A stretch of 64,000 nt of DNA from Blastocatellia bacterium (GCA_035714085.1 DASTMP010000285.1:3659-67658); one strand, 5' to 3'. Counted from the first letter of the stretch, positions 1-9,350 are shown. Notes: generated from the letters alone by a model not told the origin. Made by a program: numbers and translations.

Positions 1-2375
1 GGCAAAATGGGATCACTTTCGGGCATAACGGAACGATCGATTCGGAGCCAGGGACCGGGTTGAACGTCGGCACATCCTTCTCGGTTCCAGCCTTCCAGCA
101 AATGCGCGCGGGCGCCCGAACACTTTCTGAACTCATCGCCTTCGCCCCGCGGGGAGAGCTAAATGTGAGTGTGGACGGGCAAGCGGAGATGGCTAGCGGG
201 CAACTGGTCTCGGGCAATTTTCATGCCGGGCTGGGCGTGCAGCCGGCGCTGGGACGAATGATCAACAGCGATGACGACCGGACTTCGGCCAATCCCGTCG
301 CGGTAATCAGTTTTCGCTACTGGCGACGCCGTTTCGGACTTGATCCGGCGGTCATGGGGAAAACGATCAACATCAACGGCGCGCCATTTACCATCGTCGG
401 CGTGACCCCGCCACCGTTTTACTCCGGGATGGAAGTCGGCGACTCGCCCGATCTCACGCTCCCGTTGTCGCTGGCCCCGCGCCTCGACCCAAGCGGGCAA
501 ACTCAGTCGGAGATGACTCAAACCTGGCGCTGGTGGGTGCGGATGATGGGGCGGATGAAGCCCGGGGTAAGCCTGGAACAGGTTCGCGCCGAACTCGAAG
601 GGATTTTTCAACAGAGCGCGCAGGCGGGCTGGGAGGCCATGCCTCGCCGCCCCCAAACCGTCGGATCGCGCGAATTGCCCCGTCTGCGCGCTCTGCCGGG
701 CGGCCAGGGGGAAATCTACCTGCGCCAATCTTACGAGCAGCCGCTGCGAGTCATGTTGATCGTGGTCGGGCTGACACTGCTCGTCGCCTGCGCCAACATC
801 GCCAACCTGCTGCTGGCGCGGGCCATCACGCGGCGGCAGGAGATGGCTGTGCGACTCGCGCTGGGGGCTGGACGCTTCCGACTTGTCCGGCAGTTATTGA
901 CTGAGAGCTTGCTGCTGGCCTTCGCGGGCAGCGCGCTCGGCTGGCTGCTGGCCTGGTTGTCGAAAGACCTGTTGCTGATGTGGAGTCCGGGAAGAGGCAG
1001 CCATCTCGACGCCGAGCTTCATATGGATTGGCGCGTCTTCGGCTTTACGGCGGCGATCGCTGTGTTGACGGGCCTGCTCTTCGGGCTGGCGCCGGCGCTG
1101 CGGGCGACGCGCGTTGATTTGAATTCGGCGCTCAAGGAAAACACGCGAGGCTCGAAAGGGTCGCTCTCGGTTCTCGGTAAATCGCTCGTGATCGCGCAGG
1201 TGGCTATGTCATTGGTATTGCTGATCGGCGCGGGACTGTTTATTCGCACTCTCCACAACCTGCAGAACGTTTCTCTTGGCTTCAATGAAGAGAACATGTT
1301 GCTCTTCCGCATTGACCCGCGCGCGAAAGGATACAGCGCCGAACAGATGGCTCCCCTTTACCAGCAGGTGTGCGAACATCTCGAAGCCATTCCCGGTGTG
1401 CGCTCGGCGACGGTTTCAGAGTTCGCGGCGCTGAGCGGCGCCGGCAGAAACGGCCCGGCGTACTTTGAAGGGCGCGCCACATTGCCGCGGAATGAAAACA
1501 ACGTCTTTCAGCAGCGGGTCAGGTGGAATTACCTTCAGACGATGGAGATCACGCTGCTCGCCGGGCGCGGCTTCGCTCCGCAGGATAACGAACGCGCCCC
1601 GAAAGTGGCTGTCATCAACCAGACGATGGCGCGCCGATTCTTCGGCGAAGAAAACCCGCTCGGCAAACGCTTCAGCTTCGACAGCGCCGAAAACAGCGAT
1701 CGGATCGAGATCGTCGGCGTGGCCAGGGACTCACGATACCTGAGACCGCGACGCGATATTCCGCCCATCGTCTATCTTCCTTTTCCGCAGGTCCCGCTCG
1801 GCATGACGACTTTCACGGTGCGAACCGCCGGCGACCCCACGCGGATGACAGCCGCCATCCGCGCCGCAGTGCGCGAGGTGGATAAAGATTTGCCGCTGTT
1901 CGAAATCAAAACCCAGACCGAACAGATGGATCAATCGCTGGCGCAGGAACGCTTCTTTCCAAAGCTGACCGGCTTCTTCGGGTTGCTGGCATTGCTGCTG
2001 GCGAGCATCGGGCTGTACGGCGTGATGTCATACGCGGTCGAGCAGCGCACGCGCGAGATCGGCATTCGGATGGCGTTGGGCGCGACTCGGGAAAATGTCC
2101 TCAGGCGAGTCATCGGACAGGGAATGTTACTGGCAGCTGTCGGAATTGTCATCGGCGCCGCGGCGGCGTTTGCGCTGACGCGCCTGATCACTTCCAACGC
2201 GACCTATAATCTGACGCGCTTCATATCGGGATTCCTGTATGGCGTCCGCCCGACCGATCCGTTGACGTTTGTGGCGGTCGCCTTGACGCTCGCGTCTGTG
2301 GCGCTGCTGGCTTGTTATCTGCCGGCGCGGCGGGCGACTAAGGTTGATCCGATGGTCGCGCTTCGGTGTGAATAA
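1..2375 (+). CDS. ADOP-type ABC transporter permease (MacB/FtsX-like), 5'-truncated by window edge
   Basis: The reading frame is open from nt 1, and the ORF-track start at nt 60 is a TTG. The protein aligns from about residue 70 of the full-length paralogs at 54514..56964 and 58821..61253. It has C-terminal FtsX TM bundles and the family-typical C-terminus ...[15 protein letters not shown]. Confidence 0.85.
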   Translation, partial: QNGITFGHNGTIDSEPGTGLNVGTSFSVPAFQQMRAGARTLSELIAFAPRGELNVSVDGQAEMASGQLVSGNFHAGLGVQPALGRMINSDDDRTSANPVAVISFRYWRRRFGLDPAVMGKTININGAPFTIVGVTPPPFYSGMEVGDSPDLTLPLSLAPRLDPSGQTQSEMTQTWRWWVRMMGRMKPGVSLEQVRAELEGIFQQSAQAGWEAMPRRPQTVGSRELPRLRALPGGQGEIYLRQSYEQPLRVMLIVVGLTLLVACANIANLLLARAITRRQEMAVRLALGAGRFRLVRQLLTESLLLAFAGSALGWLLAWLSKDLLLMWSPGRGSHLDAELHMDWRVFGFTAAIAVLTGLLFGLAPALRATRVDLNSALKENTRGSKGSLSVLGKSLVIAQVAMSLVLLIGAGLFIRTLHNLQNVSLGFNEENMLLFRIDPRAKGYSAEQMAPLYQQVCEHLEAIPGVRSATVSEFAALSGAGRNGPAYFEGRATLPRNENNVFQQRVRWNYLQTMEITLLAGRGFAPQDNERAPKVAVINQTMARRFFGEENPLGKRFSFDSAENSDRIEIVGVARDSRYLRPRRDIPPIVYLPFPQVPLGMTTFTVRTAGDPTRMTAAIRAAVREVDKDLPLFEIKTQTEQMDQSLAQERFFPKLTGFFGLLALLLASIGLYGVMSYAVEQRTREIGIRMALGATRENVLRRVIGQGMLLAAVGIVIGAAAAFALTRLITSNATYNLTRFISGFLYGVRPTDPLTFVAVALTLASVALLACYLPARRATKVDPMVALRCE

Positions 2376-2658
2376 GCGCCGCTTCGCGCAGCTACAGCTG
2401 AGTTCGTTATGATTTCGCCGCTACATTCAACCTTCAGCGCTGCGCCTCATACAATTGTCGCTACACGACTTGCGGATTTTCGCACACACCACACCAGCGT
2501 TAATGGTCCTTGAGTAAATAATGTAACAAGAGCGTAGGGGCGGGTTGTTTACCCAAATCCACGGCTAAGGATGTAGAGCAAAACGCCCCGGTAATGACAA
2601 GATTGAACAATCCATCAGCCCCCGTGAGGAGAATTCCGAACGACTCCTAAATATTTAG

Positions 2659-2689
2659 TTGACACCTGCCCCGCGCCGGCCTTATACTC
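2659..2689 (+). promoter_or_regulatory. Putative sigma70-type promoter of the blaI-blaR1-like operon
   Basis: TTGACA at 2659-2664, a 17-nt spacer, then TTATAC/TATACT at 2682-2689, about 25 nt upstream of an AGGAGG RBS and the ATG at 2712. Confidence 0.35.
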
Positions 2690-2711
2690 CTAAAAGCTTA
2701 GGAGGAAACTT

Positions 2712-3104
2712 ATGGCCCAACGCAAAACCGAGCGGCTGACGCCGCTGGAGCTCGAAATCATGCAGGTTCTGTGGGAGACCGGCGCCGCCAATGTGCAGAC
2801 CGTACAGCAGCGGCTCAAACGTGAATTGGCCTACACCACGGTACAGACCATGCTCAACATTCTGCACCGCAAAGGGAAGGTCAAACGCTCGCTGAAAGAA
2901 CGCGCTTATTTTTACAAGCCGGCCGTCAGCCGCAGACAGGTCGTCAGACAGACGGTCAACGACCTGGTTGAGCATCTCTTCGGAGGCTCGGTGGAAAATC
3001 TGGTCATGAGCCTGGTGGAGACCAAGCATCTCACCGCCGAGAAAATGACCCGGCTAAATGAGCTCTTGAAAGAGTCTGAGGAGGAGAGCGATGCGGACGA
3101 GTAG
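2712..3104 (+). CDS. BlaI/MecI/CopY-family transcriptional repressor
   Basis: 130-aa winged-helix protein with N-terminus MAQRKTERLTPLELEIMQVLW...TTVQTMLNILHRKG, typical of the penicillinase-repressor family. It has an AGGAGG RBS and overlaps the downstream M56 sensor gene by 14 nt. Confidence 0.85.
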   Translation: MAQRKTERLTPLELEIMQVLWETGAANVQTVQQRLKRELAYTTVQTMLNILHRKGKVKRSLKERAYFYKPAVSRRQVVRQTVNDLVEHLFGGSVENLVMSLVETKHLTAEKMTRLNELLKESEEESDADE

Positions 3105-4755
3105 CCAACTGCTGTTGACCTTTTTGTTGAACGCCTGCTGGCAGATCGCCCTGATCACGGCGGTCGCCGCCTTGTGCGCATGGTTGTTGCGTGGAACGAC
3201 GGCCCGCTATCGACACCTGCTCTGGGTGACCGCTTTAACGTTCTCCTTTGGCCTGCCGGTTCTGACCTGTTCACATCTCTTAGGCGGCGCCTTTTTCTCT
3301 GAACAGCCCAGGGCGTCAGTTCGACCGGACGGTGTGGCTTTTGCGCCGACGCCTCATCTAATCTCGGACATGCAAGCGTCATTGCCAACAGCGCCGCCAA
3401 CGGTTTTGAAGGAGGCCGCGCCGTTCATCCTCATCAATATGAATGTGGCCGCCGTCGTAGTCGCCCTTTACCTGCTCTTTCTGTGTTACCGAAGCGGCAA
3501 ATTATGCATGGCCTGGAGAAGGGCGAGAAGCCTGAAACGTAGCGCTCGCCTGACTGATCTTCCCGAACACGTCCGAACAATTGTCAGAGAATCTCAAACC
3601 GCTCTCGGGGCGTCACGTGTTCGGATTCTATGTTCGACCTCGGTCCCCGCGCCGATTGCGACCGGCGGTTTCAATCCGCTGATCATTCTGCCTGAGCAAT
3701 TGTTGCTGGAGACGGATCGAGGCGTCCTGACCGCAGCCATCGGACACGAACTCGCCCACGTCTTGCGGCGCGACTATCTGCTGAACTTGATCTACGAAAT
3801 CATTTCCTTGCCCCTCTCGTTTCATCCTGCCACGGCGCTGGTGAAACGCCGGATCAAGGAGACCCGGGAACTGAGCTGTGACGAGCTGGTCATCGAAAAA
3901 CTGCTGGACGCCACAGTCTATGCCCGTTCGCTCGTCCATCTGGCCGGTTCGGCGGTCAATTCGAACCGTCCCGGTACAACCATCACCGTAGGCATCGCCG
4001 ATGCCGACATTTTGGAGGAACGTGTCATGACCATACTTAGAAGACCAAAGATCAATACTCGCCGAAGGAACTTATTGCTGATCGCAGCCACACTCTTTTT
4101 TCTCGTACTGTGCGTGGCCGCCACGCCATTCGCGTTGCGCGTAGGCGTCAACCCACAGGCCGCCGCCCTGGCGCCGGAGGGCGCCGTCGGGATACCGGAG
4201 GCCTCTGTCGTGACGGCTCAACAGGGAGACAAGCAGGAAGCCAAACAGGATGAGCGGGCGCGCGAAGAGCTGAAGCTTCGCTTAGATGCGTTGAAGCGCA
4301 AGGCGGCGGAGTTGGAAGCGGCGCGGCGACAGGAGCGGCAATTACAGGACGCTTCCTCAACACAAGAATTGCAAGAAAAGAAGGAAGCGCAGGAGCGGGA
4401 AGAAAAAGAGCGAGCAGAGCGGGAAGCGAAGGAACGGGATCCGGAATTTATGGCGCGCCGCAAACTGGAGCAAGAAATGGAGTCGATAAAACGTGAAATC
4501 ATGTCCAGACGACAAGCCGAACTGGCTAAAAAAGCGAACATCACCATGCAGCAAGCGATTCAGATCGCCATGAGTCAACAGTCCGGAACGGTGATGGAGT
4601 GTCGTTTGATCGGCGAACGGCCAGAGGGCGAGAAAGATCAGGTCTTTTACATCCTCACAATTGTTTCCCGTGATGAACCGGAGAGCGCCTCTACCCATAT
4701 GCTGATCAGCGCAGCAGATGGCCGGGTCGCCAAGACCTGGAAGGATGAGCGTTGA
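3091..4755 (+). CDS. BlaR1/MecR1-like M56 peptidase-family membrane sensor with a non-canonical C-terminus (coiled coil plus PepSY-like domain)
   Basis: N-terminal TM helices and the M56 zinc motif HELAHVLRRDY. The start is translationally coupled to the blaI-like gene. After the protease domain comes a long E/K/R-rich coiled coil and a C-terminal segment (...QQAIQIAMSQQSGTV...ISAADGRVAKTW) that resembles PepSY rather than a penicillin-binding domain. Confidence 0.8.
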   Translation: MRTSSQLLLTFLLNACWQIALITAVAALCAWLLRGTTARYRHLLWVTALTFSFGLPVLTCSHLLGGAFFSEQPRASVRPDGVAFAPTPHLISDMQASLPTAPPTVLKEAAPFILINMNVAAVVVALYLLFLCYRSGKLCMAWRRARSLKRSARLTDLPEHVRTIVRESQTALGASRVRILCSTSVPAPIATGGFNPLIILPEQLLLETDRGVLTAAIGHELAHVLRRDYLLNLIYEIISLPLSFHPATALVKRRIKETRELSCDELVIEKLLDATVYARSLVHLAGSAVNSNRPGTTITVGIADADILEERVMTILRRPKINTRRRNLLLIAATLFFLVLCVAATPFALRVGVNPQAAALAPEGAVGIPEASVVTAQQGDKQEAKQDERAREELKLRLDALKRKAAELEAARRQERQLQDASSTQELQEKKEAQEREEKERAEREAKERDPEFMARRKLEQEMESIKREIMSRRQAELAKKANITMQQAIQIAMSQQSGTVMECRLIGERPEGEKDQVFYILTIVSRDEPESASTHMLISAADGRVAKTWKDER

Positions 4756-4939
4756 TGAGCGCATTTCTTTGCAACTGCTGGAAGTCATAGGAGCGAGGCG
4801 CCTCGCTCCTATGACTTCGCCAGGGCCTAGCGCCAGCCCCATCCGCACACTTCATTCTCCATAGCTTCCAGCTTCATTCTTCATATTATTTGTTTACGAC
4901 AGCCGGCGACTGATTTTCTGCCAGTCCCTCTCAAACTTC

Positions 4940-5176
4940 CTACCGGCAAAATGGAGCGAGCTGAAATAGGCGAGGGCCGTCAGCGATCGGCGTGAGCAGG
5001 CCGGTCAGCAGCTTGACGGTGGTTGATTTGCCCGAGCCGTTCGGCCCCAGAAAGCCGAAGATCGTCCCGCGAGGCACGCGGAGATTCAGATTGCGCACCG
5101 CGGTGAATGAGCCGAATGTTTTGGTCAAACCACGCGCCTCAATCTCCCAGGCTTCCATCGTTGATCCCTCTTGCAT
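4940..5176 (-). pseudogene. ABC transporter ATP-binding protein, N-terminal fragment only (about 70 aa)
   Basis: [48 protein letters not shown] is a Walker-A/P-loop N-terminus of an ABC ATPase. The ORF stops after about 75 codons, with no Q-loop, signature motif or Walker B. Confidence 0.55.
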
Positions 5177-5619
5177 TTAGTGGTCATTGCTTCGACGCTT
5201 GCAATGCGCGACGAATGATAACAAACCAGCCCTACATTTTTTGTCCGGTAGCCGAACGATGATCAACGCCCGCAAAATTTCTGCGTCATGTTTTTGCCGG
5301 TTTCCGCCACTCCTCCATAGAACCCCCTTGCAATAAGTCCGTCACGGTTTATGCGGCCCTGCCGTGGGTAATCCGGGTAGGGCCAGGTAGTGGCCGAAAC
5401 GATGATCGCAGACGCAAAGTCTTGCGCCTCATTTCGACTTCTACCGCAACAACACTCATATGCGGTATGCTGGAATTGCAAGTTCGCGCGCCGGGATCAA
5501 AGCGCCCAGCGCCTCACCCCCTTATCTTTCCCCCCCTTATCTTTTCTCTTTCTTGCTCTATGAACAATGACGAAGCGCTGCCTGCGAGATCGCTCGCGGG
5601 AAAAATGTCGTGTCGACAA

Positions 5620-5718
5620 GAGGACACGATGAAGGGCATCCATCGCTACAAGGAGGACACGATGAAAAGTACCAATCGCTATAAACGGAACACGATGAAG
5701 AGTTTCAATCGCTACGCC
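5620..5718 (+). repeat. In-frame 3x33-bp tandem repeat spanning the start region of the BNR-repeat gene
   Basis: Three copies of (g/a)aggacacgATGaa(g/a)...(c/t)atcgcta(c/t)aa(g/a), each carrying an ATG (5629, 5662, 5695) behind a GAGGA/GGAA SD-like element. They translate as EDTMKGIHRYK / EDTMKSTNRYK / RNTMKSFNRY. Confidence 0.6.
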
Positions 5719-7677
5719 GCATTCTCGCTGAGAGCGGTAATGGCCATCACTGTTGTAATGTTTGGGATCATCCGATCAAACGATTATGTGAGCCTGGCGG
5801 CGTCGGCCGCCTTCGCCGCCGAACAACCGGCGCCAGGCGCATTACGGTGGCGGCAAACGTCTGGCCCCGAAGGCGCCGCCATCATCTCTCTGCTCAGCAA
5901 TGGCTCAAACCTCTTTGCAGGGACAATCACCAGCGGCGTATTTCGATCGACTGATCAAGGAGAGAGCTGGACAGCGATCAATGCGGGCTTACCCAGGTCA
6001 AGTATCAATTCGCTCGCCGCTGTTGGGACTAACATTTTCGCGGGGACTACCGGCGGCGGCGTCTTCCGCCTGATTAATCGGGAGGAAAGGTGGGTTGCAG
6101 TCAATACCGGCTTAACCAACCTGGGTATTAATGCGTTCGCCGTAAGCGGGACCTATATCGTCGCGGGAACACGTGGCGGCGTCTTTCGATCGCTAGACCA
6201 GGGTGCGAGTTGGACTCCGGTTAACACGGGCTTGCCGCCGAATGCGCTCATTGCCTTCCTCGCCGCTTCCGGGACGAACATTTTTGCGGTAACGGCTTCC
6301 CCCTCTGGCGGCATCTTTCGATCGGACGACCAGGGAAAGAGCTGGATTGCCCTCGATACGGGCTTCTCCATAGGGATTAGTCAATTAGCCGCCCTTGGGA
6401 CGGACATCTTTGCCGTGCTGGCGGACGGCAGGGTCATTCGATCGAGCAGTCAGGGAGAGAAATGGACATTGGTCAATACAGGGCTGCCACTGGGCGCGCG
6501 TGTTACTTCATTCGCCATGATCGGCGCAGACATTTATGCAGGGACATCTAGTCCCTTTATTAACAGTGGCGGGGTCAATGGCGGGATCATCCGCTCGAGC
6601 GATCAGGGAGAGAGCTGGACTGCCGTCGGTACAGGCTTGCCCCTGAGAGTGCAAGTCCTCGCCTCCGTTAGGAGAAAGCTATTTGCGGGGACGGCGGGCG
6701 GCGTCTTTCGCTCGACTAACCAGGGGGAGAATTGGACCTCAGCCAACGCAGGTATGATCGGCCAAACTGTTGAGTCGCTCGCCGTTGTTGGGTCGAATAT
6801 TTTTGCGGGTTCATCTGTCCTATCCAATGGCGGCGCCTTTCGTTCGGATAATAGCGGAGAGAGTTGGACGGCGATCAATACTGGCTTGCCGCCGAGTCAG
6901 GCGGTTTCTTCATTGGCCGTTGTCGGAACGAACATCTTTGCCGCCACAGGCGGGTTGTTAAGCGGAGTCTTTCGTTCGACAAACCAGGGAGAGAGTTGGA
7001 CTCCCGTCAATGCGGGTTTGCCGGCTAATGCTCCTGTTACCGCCTTAGCCGTGAGTGGGGCGAATCTCTTTGCGGGAATAGCCATTTCTCATCTTTCTGG
7101 CGCCGTTGGCGCCGTCTATCGTTCGACAGACCAGGGAGAGAGTTGGACGGCGGTCAATACGGGCCTGCCTGCGAATGCGAGCGTTACTGAACTCGCCGCC
7201 GTTGGGCCGAATCTCTTTGCGGCGCTATCCGTGAATATGTCAATTTTCAGCGCCGTCTTTCGCTCAAGCGATCAGGGGGAGAGTTGGACGGCGGTCGGCG
7301 CCGGCTTGCCGGCGACTGCTGTTGTTTCTTCATTCGCCGCTGTGGGGACGAACCTCTTTGCGGGAATAGCCAGCTCCACCATTTCTGGTGATGGCGATGG
7401 CGTCTATCGTTCGACCGATCAAGGGGAGACCTGGACGGCGGTTAATACCGGCTTGCCGCAGTTTGCCCTTATCGGTTCACTCGGCGCCGTTGGGACAAAC
7501 CTCTTTGCGGCGGTAGCTAATAACGGCGTTTTTCTTTCAACCAATCAAGGCGAGAGCTGGATGGCGGTCAATGAAGGCTTAACCGATCTGAGAGTTCAAA
7601 CGTTCGCCGCCGTCGGGGGGAAACTCTTTGCCGGGATGTTCGGCAGCGGAGTGTTCGTCGCTGACGTTACGAAGTGA
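5695..7677 (+). CDS. Secreted BNR/Asp-box repeat protein (Ycf48-like multi-blade beta-propeller, about 17 repeats)
   Basis: About 17 tandem units of about 43 aa, each with the S-x-D-x-G-x-(S/T)-W Asp-box motif (FRSTDQGESWTAVNTGLP...). A signal-peptide-like N-terminus follows the ATG at 5695. In-frame alternative starts exist upstream (5422, 5629, 5662). Confidence 0.75.
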   Translation: MKSFNRYAAFSLRAVMAITVVMFGIIRSNDYVSLAASAAFAAEQPAPGALRWRQTSGPEGAAIISLLSNGSNLFAGTITSGVFRSTDQGESWTAINAGLPRSSINSLAAVGTNIFAGTTGGGVFRLINREERWVAVNTGLTNLGINAFAVSGTYIVAGTRGGVFRSLDQGASWTPVNTGLPPNALIAFLAASGTNIFAVTASPSGGIFRSDDQGKSWIALDTGFSIGISQLAALGTDIFAVLADGRVIRSSSQGEKWTLVNTGLPLGARVTSFAMIGADIYAGTSSPFINSGGVNGGIIRSSDQGESWTAVGTGLPLRVQVLASVRRKLFAGTAGGVFRSTNQGENWTSANAGMIGQTVESLAVVGSNIFAGSSVLSNGGAFRSDNSGESWTAINTGLPPSQAVSSLAVVGTNIFAATGGLLSGVFRSTNQGESWTPVNAGLPANAPVTALAVSGANLFAGIAISHLSGAVGAVYRSTDQGESWTAVNTGLPANASVTELAAVGPNLFAALSVNMSIFSAVFRSSDQGESWTAVGAGLPATAVVSSFAAVGTNLFAGIASSTISGDGDGVYRSTDQGETWTAVNTGLPQFALIGSLGAVGTNLFAAVANNGVFLSTNQGESWMAVNEGLTDLRVQTFAAVGGKLFAGMFGSGVFVADVTK

Positions 7678-7740
7678 GAGTCTCGATAATAAACTGACGA
7701 AGAAACGCCGGACGGAAAAATAAAGATCTTGTAGGCTACG

Positions 7741-8160
7741 TTCTTATTTTCCTTCCGGCATTTTTCCGTCTGGCTTTCTTGCTGGTCAGCGGCGCGGAAA
7801 CGCGATACAGATCAGACAGAAAATGGAGGACAGAAAAATCGAAAAGTTCCTGCTACCTTCCCCGGCTCTTCGTCACTCACCCAGTGTGACGGGCCTCTCG
7901 TCATTCACCGCTTAAGCAAATGTACAACGCTGAGGAAACGATCTCCGTTTTTTGATTCGCGATCAAATTCCGGCTCGAAATACGAAGCGCTATAGCCGCA
8001 TCAGTGGCTTTTCTTCGAACGTTCTCCTCACGGTCAAAGTAAATATGGTTAGCGGCGCGAATTGGCCGAACAGATTTGTGATTGCGACTTCTAGGGCCTC
8101 GCTCACATTCGCGCTCCCCATACAATTAACGGCGCAGCGCGCGTAAGCGAGCGGCGCATC
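7741..8160 (+). repeat. About 420-bp conserved upstream/leader region, copy A (paralogous to 15187..15610)
   Basis: About 80% nucleotide identity to 15187..15610 by eye, including the blocks gatcagacagaaaatgga(g/a)gacagaaaaat, gatctccgttttttgattcgc and cgcgtaagcgagcggcgcatc. Both copies sit immediately 5' of paralogous TPR lipoprotein genes. Confidence 0.6.
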
Positions 8161-8218
8161 CATGCGACCGGCGATTGCTTGCCCGCGCCGTAGCGCGCCA
8201 TTCCGAGGACATCTGGGT

Positions 8219-9157
8219 ATGAAGTTTCATCTTATCGCGAAGACCACGCTCGCTCTGAGTCTTCTCGCGTCGCCTTGTCTGGCTCAGGCGCCGCTCGCCG
8301 CGCGCGATCATTTCAACCGCGGCGATTCGCTCTATCAAAAAGGCGATTTCGAGGGCGCCATCGCCGATTTCACCAAAGCCATCGAGGTCAGCTCGCGTCT
8401 GGACAACCGCAGCGGCGCCGATGATTGGCGCCGCAAGACCGGCGCGGCGTCAAATTTTGACAAAGTCAGAGCGCTCGATCCGCTGACGGCGGCGGCATAC
8501 GCCAACCGCGGGCTGGCGCGTTATCGACTCCGCGATTACGAGGGCGCTATCGCCGACTGCGACCGCGCTATCGCGATCTATCCGCGTCTCCCCGACGCCT
8601 ACAACAATCGCGGCATGGCGCGCCGCGCCATGGGGGATTTCGACCGCGCTATCGCCGATTTCGACCGCGCTATCTCGATCTATCCGAGCGCCGCCGCCTA
8701 CAACAATCGCGGCAACGCATATGTGGATAAGAAAGAGCTTGATCGGGCCCTCGCCGATTTTGACCGCGCCCTCGCGCTCGATCCGCGCCTCGCGTCGGTC
8801 TATTTCAATCGCGGCTTTGCGCGGCGCGATAAAGGGGACAACGATGGCGCAATGAAAGATTTCGACAAGATTATTGCGCTCGATCCGCGTTCCGCCTCGG
8901 GTTACTACGGCCGCGCTGTGGCGCTGTGCGACAAGAATGAATTGGACCGCGCGGTCAATGACTTCAATCGCGCCATCGAACTCGATCCGCGCTATGCTCT
9001 GGCTTACGGGAACCGCGGGCTGGCTTTGCTGCGGCAAGGCAAGGGCGCCGACGCCGAAAAGGATTTCGAGCGCGCCGTCGCGCTTAGGCCGGGATTAAAA
9101 ACGGAACTGGAGTCGGACATCGAGCAAACCAAGAAATGGAGGCGAACGAACCGGTAG
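8219..9157 (+). CDS. TPR-repeat lipoprotein (paralog A)
   Basis: Signal peptide plus lipobox (MKFHLIAKTTLALSLLASPCLAQA), then about 8 TPR units (AYNNRG.A....DYD.AIADFDRAI.LDPR). About 80% aa identity to the 15746..16687 product. Confidence 0.8.
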   Translation: MKFHLIAKTTLALSLLASPCLAQAPLAARDHFNRGDSLYQKGDFEGAIADFTKAIEVSSRLDNRSGADDWRRKTGAASNFDKVRALDPLTAAAYANRGLARYRLRDYEGAIADCDRAIAIYPRLPDAYNNRGMARRAMGDFDRAIADFDRAISIYPSAAAYNNRGNAYVDKKELDRALADFDRALALDPRLASVYFNRGFARRDKGDNDGAMKDFDKIIALDPRSASGYYGRAVALCDKNELDRAVNDFNRAIELDPRYALAYGNRGLALLRQGKGADAEKDFERAVALRPGLKTELESDIEQTKKWRRTNR

Positions 9158-9350
9158 CTACAAACGCGCAAACCTGGATCAAACGACCACAGGAAGATAC
9201 ATCTCTCGCTCTGTTTTTTCTGTCCGGCGTTTTTCCGTCTGGTTCTCTTGCTTTCTGCGGCGCCGTCGGCAAAGATCAGCGGCGCAAAAAGACGGTAAAG
9301 ATCGACATTCGTCAGTTCTGGAGGGGGAGGCGAGGCCATGGCATTGAACT

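Noticed and set aside
4218-4848. Minus-strand ORFs of 109 and 163 aa (4218..4547 and 4357..4848) inside the blaR1-like gene
   Set aside because: They are antisense to the E/K/R-rich coiled-coil segment, so the low-complexity sense sequence yields open antisense frames. There is no independent support.
8450-9037. 195-aa minus-strand ORF antisense to TPR paralog A (the short minus ORFs 7901..8125 and 15225..15539 in the shared upstream blocks are similar cases)
   Set aside because: Their mutual similarity only reflects the DNA duplication. They have no start or RBS, and their composition is that of antisense or non-coding frames.
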